Shown: in pieces, positions 1 to 8,301 of the stretch | How positions within the stretch are numbered: position 1 is the first letter of the stretch | Layout: every line of letters begins with the position of its first letter | NCBI GenBank assembly: GCA_965219425.1 | Contig: OZ244741.1 | Location: 949,324-981,323, forward strand | Direction of reading: 5' to 3' | Source: Dehalococcoidia bacterium | GTDB taxonomy: Bacteria; Chloroflexota; Dehalococcoidia; Lucifugimonadales; Australimonadaceae | DNA: 32,000 nucleotides | Position numbers and translations under genes: made by a program | Notes under the pieces: generated by a model | Seen by the model: only the letters and a program-made list of their open reading frames with translations | The model's database searches: none | Told to the model about the DNA's origin: nothing

Positions 1-662
1 GGGACGCGCTTCGGCTCAGCCTCCAGATCGGCGTCACGAGCACGCTGTTCGCGGTGCTGCTGGGCGTGCCGCTCGCCTGGTGGCTCTCCCGCAAGCGGAG
101 TTGGCTGAGAGACGCGCTATCGACCGCCGTGCTGGTCCCCATGGTGTTGCCGCCAACGGTGCTGGGCTACTACCTGCTCCAGGCTGTCGGTAAGAACTCG
201 GCGGTCGGCTCGGTTCTCGACTCGGCGTTCGGGTTCAGCTTCGTGTTCGGTTGGAGCGGCGCCGTGCTCGCCGCGTTTCTCGTCTCCACGCCCTTTCTCG
301 TGCGCACGGCGCAGGCGGGATTCGAGACTGTGGACCCCAACCTAGAGGACGCCGCGCGGACTCTGGGACGAACGGAGCTGAGCGTATTCCTCACCGTGAC
401 GCTTCCCGTCGCGTGGCGGGCCGTGATGGCTGGCGTCGCCCTGGCGCTGGCGCGCGCAATCGGCGAGTTCGGCGCAACCCTGATGGTCGCCGGCAGCATT
501 CCGGGGCGCACGCGGACGATGCCCATCGCCATCTACGAGGCGGTCCAGACAGGCCAGACCAGCGAGGCGCAGGCGCTCGCGGCCATGCTGACCCTTGCAG
601 CTCTCGGACTGCTGGCGGCGGTCGGCCTCGGGGCCCGCGGCAGAGGCTTGCTATGGCGTTAG
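1..662 (+). CDS. modB: Molybdate ABC transporter permease ModB; 5' end cut by window edge, codon phase starts at nt 3
   Basis: The frame stays open upstream of the listed ORF to the window edge (DALRLSLQIGVTSTLFAVLLGVPLAWWL). It has the CysTW/ModB-type permease signature ARAIGEFGATLMVAGSIPGRTRTMPIAIY and is followed by an overlapping ModC-like ATPase gene. Confidence 0.85.
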   Translation, partial: DALRLSLQIGVTSTLFAVLLGVPLAWWLSRKRSWLRDALSTAVLVPMVLPPTVLGYYLLQAVGKNSAVGSVLDSAFGFSFVFGWSGAVLAAFLVSTPFLVRTAQAGFETVDPNLEDAARTLGRTELSVFLTVTLPVAWRAVMAGVALALARAIGEFGATLMVAGSIPGRTRTMPIAIYEAVQTGQTSEAQALAAMLTLAALGLLAAVGLGARGRGLLWR

Positions 663-1714
663 AAGCCGCCGCCAACACGCAAGCGGGGGCGTTCCGCGTG
701 GCGATTGACCTGCGGGTGGAGCCTGGAACGACGACAGCGATTCTTGGGCCGTCAGGCTCTGGAAAGACCCTAACTTTACGCACTATCGCTGGACTGACAA
801 GGCCGACAGACGGCAGGATATGGAGCGACGGCGAACCGCTCTTCGACAGCGGAGCCAATGTCAATCTGCCGCCACGCAAGCGCCGCGCAGGGTTCGTTTT
901 CCAAGACTACGCGCTGTTCCCGCACCTCACGGTGGCTGGAAATCTGGTGTACGGGTTCCCGGGCCCCAAGCAGTCCGCTCAGTCGCGGGTGGCGGAGCTC
1001 GTTGAACTCCTCGGGCTGGGAGGGCTCGAATCGAGGCGGCCGTCACAGCTGTCCGGCGGTCAGCGGCAGCGGGTCGCGCTGGGGCGCGCGCTCGCCTCCG
1101 ACCCCGCCTTCCTATTGCTCGACGAACCATTCTCGGCCCTCGACGCCCCGACGCGGACCGCGTTGACCGAGCAGCTACTGGAGCTGGAATCGCGTGTCGG
1201 AGCCCCCACGGTCCTGGTGACCCACGACCTCGCGGAGGCGCACGTGCTTGCACAACAGCTCGTGGTGCTGGACGACGGCGTGATCTTGCAGTCGGGACCG
1301 CGAGACGAGGTGTTCGGTCGGCCGTCGTCTCCCAGGGTCGGCGAGCTGGTGGGCGTACGGAACATCCTGCAGGGCACGGTCAGCGCCGTGCAGGACGGCG
1401 TCGCTACGGTCGACGCGGCGGGAATCGAAATGCAGACGCCCGCCCAAGGACTGTCGGCGGGTGAGCAGGTGACGGCCGGGGCGCGGGCAAGGGATCTGGT
1501 CGCCCTACCCGCCCCCGACGGCAACGCGAGCCTGGTCAGGGAGATCGATGCGGGGCTACGGCGGACGCTGGTGTTGGAGCTTCGGGGCGGAGCGCTCGCT
1601 TACGCGGAGTTGACGCCGGAGGTCGAGCGCCTGATTGGACGGAACACTCCCGAGTCCTGGCGCCTGTCGGTCGCCCCCGGCGCGGGCCTCGTCTGGCGGA
1701 CGCTGCCGGTCTAA
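653..1714 (+). CDS. modC: Molybdate ABC transporter ATP-binding protein ModC with C-terminal TOBE/Mop-like domain
   Basis: The ATG at 653 (MALEAAANTQ) overlaps the modB stop by 10 nt. It has Walker A GPSGSGKT, signature LSGGQRQRVALGRAL and Walker B LLLDEPFSALD, plus a C-terminal extension of about 120 aa typical of ModC. The 251-652 part of the listed ORF is out-of-frame overlap with modB and is not counted. Confidence 0.85.
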   Translation: MALEAAANTQAGAFRVAIDLRVEPGTTTAILGPSGSGKTLTLRTIAGLTRPTDGRIWSDGEPLFDSGANVNLPPRKRRAGFVFQDYALFPHLTVAGNLVYGFPGPKQSAQSRVAELVELLGLGGLESRRPSQLSGGQRQRVALGRALASDPAFLLLDEPFSALDAPTRTALTEQLLELESRVGAPTVLVTHDLAEAHVLAQQLVVLDDGVILQSGPRDEVFGRPSSPRVGELVGVRNILQGTVSAVQDGVATVDAAGIEMQTPAQGLSAGEQVTAGARARDLVALPAPDGNASLVREIDAGLRRTLVLELRGGALAYAELTPEVERLIGRNTPESWRLSVAPGAGLVWRTLPV

Positions 1715-1720
1715 GCGTAT

Positions 1721-1750
1721 GCGGCGCGCCTCTGGCATCCGGCGCGCCGC
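1721..1750 (+). terminator. GC-rich hairpin just downstream of modC (GCGGCGCGCC-N10-GGCGCGCCGC); no clear T-tract
   Basis: Perfect 10-bp inverted repeat read directly from the sequence, 7 nt after the modC stop. The absence of a U-tail makes an intrinsic-terminator call tentative. Confidence 0.4.
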
Positions 1751-1845
1751 AACGCGCATCTCATTGATGACGCCTCTGGACTACGCTCAGCGCGATTGAG
1801 GGGCGGATGCGCGGGGCTGCTAGGCTGAGGAAGGAGATAGGCCAG

Positions 1846-2748
1846 ATGCAAGAGGCGATGTCCGGGAACCGAATCCTCCGCTGGACGCTGTTCGGGCCGA
1901 TTGCGGCGCTCTTCGGCGCGCTCGCAATCGCTGTCGTGGGCGCCATCATTACCGGCGCCGAGCTTGGCTTGGTGACCGAGAACGTCGAGTCCGCGTCTGC
2001 AAGCTCCGGAAACTTCCTCGGCCGGGTCGGCGACATCTTCCCGCTGGGGTTCGCCTTCAGCGCGGGCATGGTCTCATCGGTCAATCCCTGCGGCTTCGCG
2101 ATGCTCCCCGCCTATCTAGGGCTGTACCTAGGCGATCAGCAGGCCCCAAACCAGAACCTGGCGGCAAGGCTCCAGCGCGCGTTGCTCGTCGGAACGACAG
2201 TGACGGCAGGGTTCGTTCTGATGTTCGCGGCCGTGGGCGTCCCGATTGGCCTCGGGGCGCGCGGCCTGGTGGACTTCTTCCCATGGGTCGGACTGACGAT
2301 AGGCGTCCTCCTGATCGTCGTGGGAGCGTACCTCCTCTCCGGCGGCAAACTGTATAACAACCTCGCCATGCGCCTCTCCGCCCGGGTGGGGAACGCGAAT
2401 AACAACAGCGTCCGCGGCTACTTCACGTTCGGCCTGGGCTACGGGACCGCCTCGCTCAGCTGCACGCTGCCCATCTTCCTGGCGGTGATCGGCGGCACGT
2501 TCACAGCCGACACCTTCCTCGACTCGATGCTGCAGTTCCTGCTGTACGGGCTGGGCATGGGATTCGTAATCCTCGCGCTCACGGTGGGAATGGCCGTCTT
2601 CAAGACCGCCATGGTCGGCGGTCTGCGCAAGGTCCTTCCCTACGTGGGAACAATAAGCGCGGTCATGCTCCTCATATCGGGCGCGTTCATAGTCTATTAT
2701 TGGCTGACGCTTGGCGAGCTGCTGGAGCGTATCCAGAACGCCTTCTAA
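1846..2748 (+). CDS. Cytochrome c biogenesis CcdA / DsbD-family transmembrane thiol-disulfide transfer protein
   Basis: Polytopic membrane protein with the two family Cys motifs, VNPCGFAMLPAYLG and SLSCTLPIFLAVIG. The start at 1846 is chosen because of the GGAAGGAG Shine-Dalgarno just upstream; the ORF opens at 1807. Confidence 0.75.
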   Translation: MQEAMSGNRILRWTLFGPIAALFGALAIAVVGAIITGAELGLVTENVESASASSGNFLGRVGDIFPLGFAFSAGMVSSVNPCGFAMLPAYLGLYLGDQQAPNQNLAARLQRALLVGTTVTAGFVLMFAAVGVPIGLGARGLVDFFPWVGLTIGVLLIVVGAYLLSGGKLYNNLAMRLSARVGNANNNSVRGYFTFGLGYGTASLSCTLPIFLAVIGGTFTADTFLDSMLQFLLYGLGMGFVILALTVGMAVFKTAMVGGLRKVLPYVGTISAVMLLISGAFIVYYWLTLGELLERIQNAF

Positions 2749-2769
2749 CAACTTCCAGGACTCCGCTAT

Positions 2770-3399
2770 ATGACATCCGATGCGCGGCAACGCCGCAGAG
2801 AAGGGTCGCGGCGCGCCCGAGCGTCGCAAGAGCGCAGGGCCGACGGCCAGAGGCGCAAGCAGAAGAGGGGCGCGCTCTACGCCATCGTCGGCGTGGTGGT
2901 GATAGCGGCCGCGATCGCGCTATTCATCCTGCTGCGGGGCGGCGGAACGGAACTAGGGTTCAGTGTGCCGCTGCTGCCCGCCGCCCATGAGCCGCCGTAC
3001 ATCTATCACCAGGACGTCGAGGTCGACGGCGCTCTCGCGCGCATCCCGCCGACCTCCGGGCATCATTTCGATGTCCCGCACCAGGGCTGGGGATACTTGG
3101 GCGAGCCGTTGGTCCCCGAGCGCGTGGTCCACAACATGGAGCACGGCGGCGTGGTCATCTGGCACCAGCCGGGCAATCCTGAGCTTGCAGGCGCGGTGAA
3201 CCAGCTCGTGCGCGCGACTGGCGCCCAGTGCGTCGTCGCGGGCTCTTACTCCGATATGTCCTACGAAGTCGCGGCGACAGTCTGGGGCCGAGTGCTGCCC
3301 TTGGAGAGCTTCGACTCGGACCAGATTCTCGAGTTCGTGGACACCTACCGCGGGAGTCAGGGGCCGGAAGCCGGCCTCTGCTATAGAGAACCCTACTAG
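2770..3399 (+). CDS. DUF3105-like membrane-anchored protein
   Basis: Basic N-terminus plus a single TM helix (LYAIVGVVVIAAAIALFILL). Motifs PPTSGHH and VVHNMEHGGVVIWHQPG match my memory of the DUF3105 family. The start lies 21 nt after the CcdA-like gene. Confidence 0.6.
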   Translation: MTSDARQRRREGSRRARASQERRADGQRRKQKRGALYAIVGVVVIAAAIALFILLRGGGTELGFSVPLLPAAHEPPYIYHQDVEVDGALARIPPTSGHHFDVPHQGWGYLGEPLVPERVVHNMEHGGVVIWHQPGNPELAGAVNQLVRATGAQCVVAGSYSDMSYEVAATVWGRVLPLESFDSDQILEFVDTYRGSQGPEAGLCYREPY

Positions 3400-3498
3400 C
3401 CCACGCCGACTCCGGAGCCGCCCCTGACCTTCCTCCTACTGCGAGAAGGAAGGATGCCCCCTAGCCTCCTAGCCATGGATGCGGCCTACGCCGCTTCC

Positions 3499-3538
3499 CT
3501 CCTCGCAAGGAGACTGCGGGGAGTCTCCCTGCGAGGAG
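3499..3538. repeat. Long imperfect inverted repeat (19-bp arms, 2 mismatches) between convergent genes; probable bidirectional terminator or REP-like hairpin
   Basis: CTCCTCGCAAGGAGACTGC gg GGAGTCTCCCTGCGAGGAG read directly from the sequence. It lies between the DUF3105 stop (3399) and the FtsX permease stop (3548). Confidence 0.5.
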
Positions 3539-3547
3539 GAGAAGCCA

Positions 3548-6500
3548 TTACTCGTCCATCCTGAGCGCTTCCGCCGGATAGACGTTGGACGCCTGCCGCG
3601 CAGGCAGATACGTCGTGAGGAGAGAGGCGCCGTATGCGACCACCACCACGAGAATGATCGTGTCCCATGGGATGGTGTACTTCACCCCGTCGAAGGTCTC
3701 GCCAATCTCCTGGACGATGCTCGCCGACAGCCCGAATCCAAGACCGAGACCCAGCGCAATGCCCAACAGCGCGATGAACGAGGACTCGATCAGGAACGAA
3801 AGCTGCACCATGCCGCGACGGAAGCCGATGGCGCGCAGCACGCCGATCTGCACGCGGCGTTCCACGACGGCGCGCGCTGCAATCACACCAAGGGCGGCGA
3901 TGCCAACCACGAGACCCAAGCCCATGAAGCCCTGGATGAGCCGGTTGAAGGCGAGGTTCAGGGCGGTGAACTCCCGCACGGTTGTCTCGAGCGGTTCTGC
4001 TTGCACCCCGTGTTCGAGGAACTCATCTTCGAGCGCGTCTGCGACCTCCTCCGCGCGCGCCGGATCGCGCAACACAATCTGGTAGGTCAGGAACGGCAGC
4101 TCCACCGGCGCGAGCTCCTGCAGAGTCCCGAGTCCGGTGATGACGGTCGGGGCGAAGAATGCCTGGTCCGCTACGACCCCTATCACGCGCAGCTCCACCA
4201 CTTGCTCCCCTGCAGCGTCAGACACCTCCAGGTACACTTCCGGCAGCTCGCCGCCATCCCGCTGGAAGCCCTCGAGCTGGAACGCCAGGTCCGACCCTCC
4301 GGCGTCGAAGTCCGACGCTGCGGGGACCATCTCCGCATTGACAACGACAACATCCTGCTGCTCCACGAGCGCGCGCCAGATAGCGCGGTCGGAGGCGTAA
4401 CGCTCGTCCTTCAGACTGAACCCATAGGTGACGATTTCCGCGTACCTTTCGTCGATGCCCGTAACGAACCAGTCTTCCGGCTCCTGCTCCGTGTCCAGCT
4501 GCCGGATGCGGATGGGCAGACCGCTCGTTCCGCCGATGGCTGCGAATTCGCTCGCGTCCAACGACGGCGACTCGTCGAGGCGAGCGCCGAAGTCGTCGAT
4601 GGGATTGGTGAAGCTGACCCTCGCGGCAATGTCGATCCCCCCGGAGAACTTGCGAGTGTCGTCCAGCGAGGAAGCAAACGCCGCGTTGATGAATCCCACA
4701 ACCGCCAGTGTGAAGATGACCAGCGAGAACATGGCCAGCGTCATCCCGGTGCGGAAGCGGCTTGCCATCGGATACGCCGTCGCGGTGCGAATGATGGGAG
4801 AAAGCGAACGCCCCTTGCCCGCCAGGGCCGTCACCGCGCCCACGAGAAGCGGCGAGTTGTACATCACCACCCAAACTGCGCCGACCACAACGGTCACTCC
4901 GGAGAGAATGAACAGCTCGATTCCCTCATCCAACCTCGGCAGACCGAGCGCCTCCGGGTCTATCGGAATCATCCAGAGTGCTACGAGCAGTACTCCGGCA
5001 ACCGTGTAAGCGATGGGCTCCGGCAGGAGGCCGACGTGCCTGAGCACGAGAGGCGTCCCCACGAGGACGAGGGATACGCCGAGCAGGAATACTCCCATCT
5101 GCTCCTGCCCGATGCCTGCGTTCGTCACCACCACACCGAGGAGCGCCATCAGGTAACCCGCTAGGAAAAGGGCCCACGCCAATTTGACGACGGCGCACGG
5201 GGCGCTGACGAGCCACAGTCGCAATGCGCGGAGCGGACGCATGCTCCGCAGCGCCCGCGCGCCATCTGCGTAGCAGCGGATCACTGCCGCCCACGACTCG
5301 CGCAGGGCGTGGCCTTCACTCGGCGGCTCCGGTATGTCGCGCACCGCGCGGACGATGTTGAGCGCGCTCACCCTGCCCGCCGAGACGATGACCACCAGGT
5401 AGGTGACCACCATCCCCAGCGTGTACGCGAGAAGCAGGCTCTGCCACCGGAACGCGAACGTGATGTCGAAGTCCTCCAACACCTCGCCCAGCGCAGCCGC
5501 CATTATGCGCACCATCACGGCGCCGACGGCGATGCCTAGCAGGCTGCCTACCGCGGCCGCCGCAAGGGAGTAGACCGCGCCCTCGAAGGTGAAGAGGCGG
5601 ACGATATGCCCGCGCTGCGCGCCCACCGCTCGCGCGATGCCTAGCTCCTTCTTCCGCTCAGCCGCCAACATCACGAAGATCAGCGCGATGAGCAGAATGC
5701 CCGCCATGATCGAGAAGGTGCCGAACAGCAGGAAGACGCTTGCGAACCCCGCGCCAACGGAGTCGGCCTGCTCGATAGCGTCCCTCTTCGGGGTTTCGAA
5801 TCCCAACATGCGCTCCTCGCGCACGTCTTCGAAGGCCTCCAGCACGGCGTCGGTGTGCTCCGCTCCCCCAACGGGGCCTCCTTCGTTCGATATGTAGACG
5901 TAGTTAATCTTCCCCTGCTCGCCCAGCGTCTCCTGCAAGACGCTGAGGCGCATCACCGCCGAAGGAGAAAAAGACGGATTCGTCCCTCCCTTGGCGAACA
6001 CTCCGGCCACGCGCGTCGTCACCGGCGTCTCGTCGAAGAAGAGCGCGACCTCGTCGCCCAGCCCGGCGCGCAAGTCGTCGGCAGCCGACTCGCTCAGGTA
6101 GACCTCGCCATCGCCGAGCGCGTCCAGCGGCAGCTCTCCTCCGTCCGTGTCGCGATAGCCGCCGAGCAAGCCCGTCCGAGCGGGGTCGAGACCCCGCAGC
6201 TGAAGCCTCGGCACGTTCCGCTGCGATTCTAGCGACACCGCCGGGACCCCAAGGGAGATGGCGGGCGCGACGACATCCACCGGCGCGTTAGCCAGCGCCT
6301 CGCGGATGGCGTCAGCCGTTGCCTGCGGGATGTATTCCGGCTCCCCGGAAGCTGTCCTCGTCTCCGAGGAGACATACTCGTCCAGCTCGCCGAGCTGTCC
6401 AACCGCCTGGACCCGAATCGAGTGGGCAAGCGTGTCGCCGGTAGCGAACGACGCGGAGAAGAGGAGCGTCGCCAGCATCAAGCCGACGACGATGAGAACT

Positions 6501-6655
6501 GTCTGCGCGCGCCGCCGCGGGATGTTTCGCACCGCCATCTTCAGCACGACGAGATTGCGCAGCGCGAAAAAGGCCGTTATCGCGCCGGTGACGAGGAACA
6601 CAATGGTCAGCGCGGCAGTGAGCGTGCCTATGGGAATGCCGAAGAGCGTCTCCAT
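3548..6655 (-). CDS. ABC transporter permease, FtsX/MacB family, double-module (1035 aa)
   Basis: Very long ORF with two blocks of clustered TM helices, each preceded by a large soluble (extracytoplasmic) domain. The start is 4 nt downstream of the stop of the cognate MacB/LolD-type ATPase gene. The long ORFs on the opposite strand are shadow ORFs. Confidence 0.8.
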   Translation of the reverse strand: METLFGIPIGTLTAALTIVFLVTGAITAFFALRNLVVLKMAVRNIPRRRAQTVLIVVGLMLATLLFSASFATGDTLAHSIRVQAVGQLGELDEYVSSETRTASGEPEYIPQATADAIREALANAPVDVVAPAISLGVPAVSLESQRNVPRLQLRGLDPARTGLLGGYRDTDGGELPLDALGDGEVYLSESAADDLRAGLGDEVALFFDETPVTTRVAGVFAKGGTNPSFSPSAVMRLSVLQETLGEQGKINYVYISNEGGPVGGAEHTDAVLEAFEDVREERMLGFETPKRDAIEQADSVGAGFASVFLLFGTFSIMAGILLIALIFVMLAAERKKELGIARAVGAQRGHIVRLFTFEGAVYSLAAAAVGSLLGIAVGAVMVRIMAAALGEVLEDFDITFAFRWQSLLLAYTLGMVVTYLVVIVSAGRVSALNIVRAVRDIPEPPSEGHALRESWAAVIRCYADGARALRSMRPLRALRLWLVSAPCAVVKLAWALFLAGYLMALLGVVVTNAGIGQEQMGVFLLGVSLVLVGTPLVLRHVGLLPEPIAYTVAGVLLVALWMIPIDPEALGLPRLDEGIELFILSGVTVVVGAVWVVMYNSPLLVGAVTALAGKGRSLSPIIRTATAYPMASRFRTGMTLAMFSLVIFTLAVVGFINAAFASSLDDTRKFSGGIDIAARVSFTNPIDDFGARLDESPSLDASEFAAIGGTSGLPIRIRQLDTEQEPEDWFVTGIDERYAEIVTYGFSLKDERYASDRAIWRALVEQQDVVVVNAEMVPAASDFDAGGSDLAFQLEGFQRDGGELPEVYLEVSDAAGEQVVELRVIGVVADQAFFAPTVITGLGTLQELAPVELPFLTYQIVLRDPARAEEVADALEDEFLEHGVQAEPLETTVREFTALNLAFNRLIQGFMGLGLVVGIAALGVIAARAVVERRVQIGVLRAIGFRRGMVQLSFLIESSFIALLGIALGLGLGFGLSASIVQEIGETFDGVKYTIPWDTIILVVVVAYGASLLTTYLPARQASNVYPAEALRMDE

Positions 6656-6659
6656 CGCC

Positions 6660-7367
6660 CTACTCTCCCTTGCCGTCTGCCGAGACTAGCTCGTCGCTTT
6701 CGATGTGCCCGTCCCGCATTCGCACGATGCGTCCGGCGCGAGAGCCAACCGTGTTGTCGTGCGTAACGAGCACAAACGTCTGCTCCCGTTCTTGATTGAG
6801 CTGGCAGAGCAGGTCCATGATGTGAGCGCCGGTCTCGCTGTCCAGAGCGCCGGTCGGCTCGTCCGCCCAGACGATGGCCGGGTCATTCACGAGGGCGCGC
6901 GCGATGGTGACGCGCTGCTGCTGCCCCCCGGACATCTCTGCGGGGCGCTTGCCTGCCTGGTCCGCCAGCTCCACCATCTCGAGCACTTCCATAGCGCGGG
7001 CGCGGGCCTTCGACTGACCCTCGCCCGCGAGCAGCAGCGGCAGCTCGACGTTCTCCGCGCCCGTGAGCACAGGCAGAAGATTGTAGGACTGGAACACAAA
7101 CCCCATGTTCAGCGCGCGGTACTGCGTGCGCTCCCTATCGGACATGTCGTGGATCGACGCGCCGTCGATGATCACTTGACCGCTGGTCACGTCGTCAATG
7201 CCCGAGAAGGTGTTCAGCAAGGTCGTCTTGCCCGACCCGGACGGGCCCATGATTGCGACCATCTGGCCCTTTTCGATTTCCAGGCCGATGCCCTGTAGGG
7301 CGTGAACCTCAATCTCTCCAGCGTGGTAGGTCTTGTACACATTCTCGGCTTCGATAATATTCGTCAC
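6660..7367 (-). CDS. ABC transporter ATP-binding protein (MacB/LolD-like)
   Basis: Walker [13 protein letters not shown]-loop, signature [15 protein letters not shown], Walker [12 protein letters not shown] and H-loop THD. The length of 235 aa is typical. Confidence 0.9.
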   Translation of the reverse strand: MTNIIEAENVYKTYHAGEIEVHALQGIGLEIEKGQMVAIMGPSGSGKTTLLNTFSGIDDVTSGQVIIDGASIHDMSDRERTQYRALNMGFVFQSYNLLPVLTGAENVELPLLLAGEGQSKARARAMEVLEMVELADQAGKRPAEMSGGQQQRVTIARALVNDPAIVWADEPTGALDSETGAHIMDLLCQLNQEREQTFVLVTHDNTVGSRAGRIVRMRDGHIESDELVSADGKGE

Positions 7368-7507
7368 TCAAACCGCCTCTATTTCTGATATGAACGAGTC
7401 TATCCGACGCCTGCCTGCCGTCCAATAGCCGAATGTCTCGGACGGGAGCGGGTTCCCGACAAGGGTCTGGGCGGGTGGGAGTCCGTGGGCTGTCCGCGAG
7501 TAGGCTG

Positions 7508-7524
7508 TTAACATTCCCTTAAGC
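7508..7524 (+). promoter_or_regulatory. Candidate Pho box: TTAACA-N5-TTAAGC direct repeat with 11-bp phasing, upstream of the response regulator gene
   Basis: Hexamers read at 7508-7513 and 7519-7524. A -10-like TACAAT sits at 7545-7550, 50 nt upstream of the ATG at 7600. The pattern resembles the Bacillus-type PhoP site (TT[ATC]ACA repeats spaced by about 5 nt). Confidence 0.3.
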
Positions 7525-7599
7525 GTCGAGCAACAGTATGGCCATACAATGGCGGCGTGGCCCCTACTAAACGCTGGTCAGGCCTGGGAGCACAGCACA

Positions 7600-8289
7600 A
7601 TGACGAGCCGCTCCGTTCTGGTCGTTGAAGACGAAGAGAATCTCCTCGAAGCGCTGAAATACAACCTCGAGCACGAGGGCTATAGCGTCCTCACCGCGGA
7701 GGATGGCGTCACCGGCCTTGAGACGGCGAGGTCGGCCTCGCCGGACCTCGTCGTGCTGGACGTGATGCTCCCTCAGATGGACGGCCTGGAAGTCTGCCGT
7801 ATCCTCCGGCGCGAGAAGGACATGCCGATCTTGATGCTGACCGCCAAGGGCGAAGAAATCGACGTAGTCGTCGGCCTGGAGCTCGGCGCCGACGACTACG
7901 TCACCAAACCGTTCAGTATGCGGGAGTTGATGGCGAGGGTGCGGGCAATGCTGCGCCGGCCCCGTCAGACGGCCCTCGGCCGGCTCAGCGAGCCGCTGCG
8001 CTCCGGCTCCCTCGAAGTCGACGTCGAGGCCCACCACGCATCCCTGAACGGACAGGAGATCAAGCTCAAGCCGCGCGAGTTCGAGCTGCTCGCTCTCTTC
8101 ATGAAGAATCGCGGACGCGCCTTCACCCGAGACCAGATCCTCTCCCATCTGTGGGGGCACGACTACATCGGCGACGTCCGCACCGTCGACGTGCATGTCC
8201 GGTGGCTTCGCGAGAAGGTCGAAGCCGACCCCGCCACCCCCGCCAGAATCATAACGATACGGGGCGTCGGCTACCGCTTCGAGGGCTAA
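7600..8289 (+). CDS. OmpR/PhoB-family response regulator (PhoB/PhoP-like by context)
   Basis: Receiver domain (VLVVEDEENL, phospho-acceptor DLVVLDVMLP, conserved K in TKPF) plus a winged-helix output domain (TVDVHVRWLREKV, IITIRGVGYRF). A GGGAG SD lies 9 nt before the ATG at 7600. It is adjacent to a PhoR-like kinase and the pst operon. Confidence 0.85.
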   Translation: MTSRSVLVVEDEENLLEALKYNLEHEGYSVLTAEDGVTGLETARSASPDLVVLDVMLPQMDGLEVCRILRREKDMPILMLTAKGEEIDVVVGLELGADDYVTKPFSMRELMARVRAMLRRPRQTALGRLSEPLRSGSLEVDVEAHHASLNGQEIKLKPREFELLALFMKNRGRAFTRDQILSHLWGHDYIGDVRTVDVHVRWLREKVEADPATPARIITIRGVGYRFEG

Positions 8290-8301
8290 AGGAGCCGGCG
8301 C

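Noticed and set aside
251-652. N-terminal 134-codon extension of the modC ORF
   Set aside because: The extension overlaps modB out of frame and is Arg/Gly-rich junk. The ATG at 653 gives a normal ModC N-terminus just before the Walker A motif.
3479-5164. 561-aa plus-strand ORF opposite the FtsX permease gene (also 5309-6766 plus-strand ORFs)
   Set aside because: Arg/His/Glu-rich nonsense composition, no start context, and fully antisense to a 1035-aa membrane protein with coherent TM organisation.
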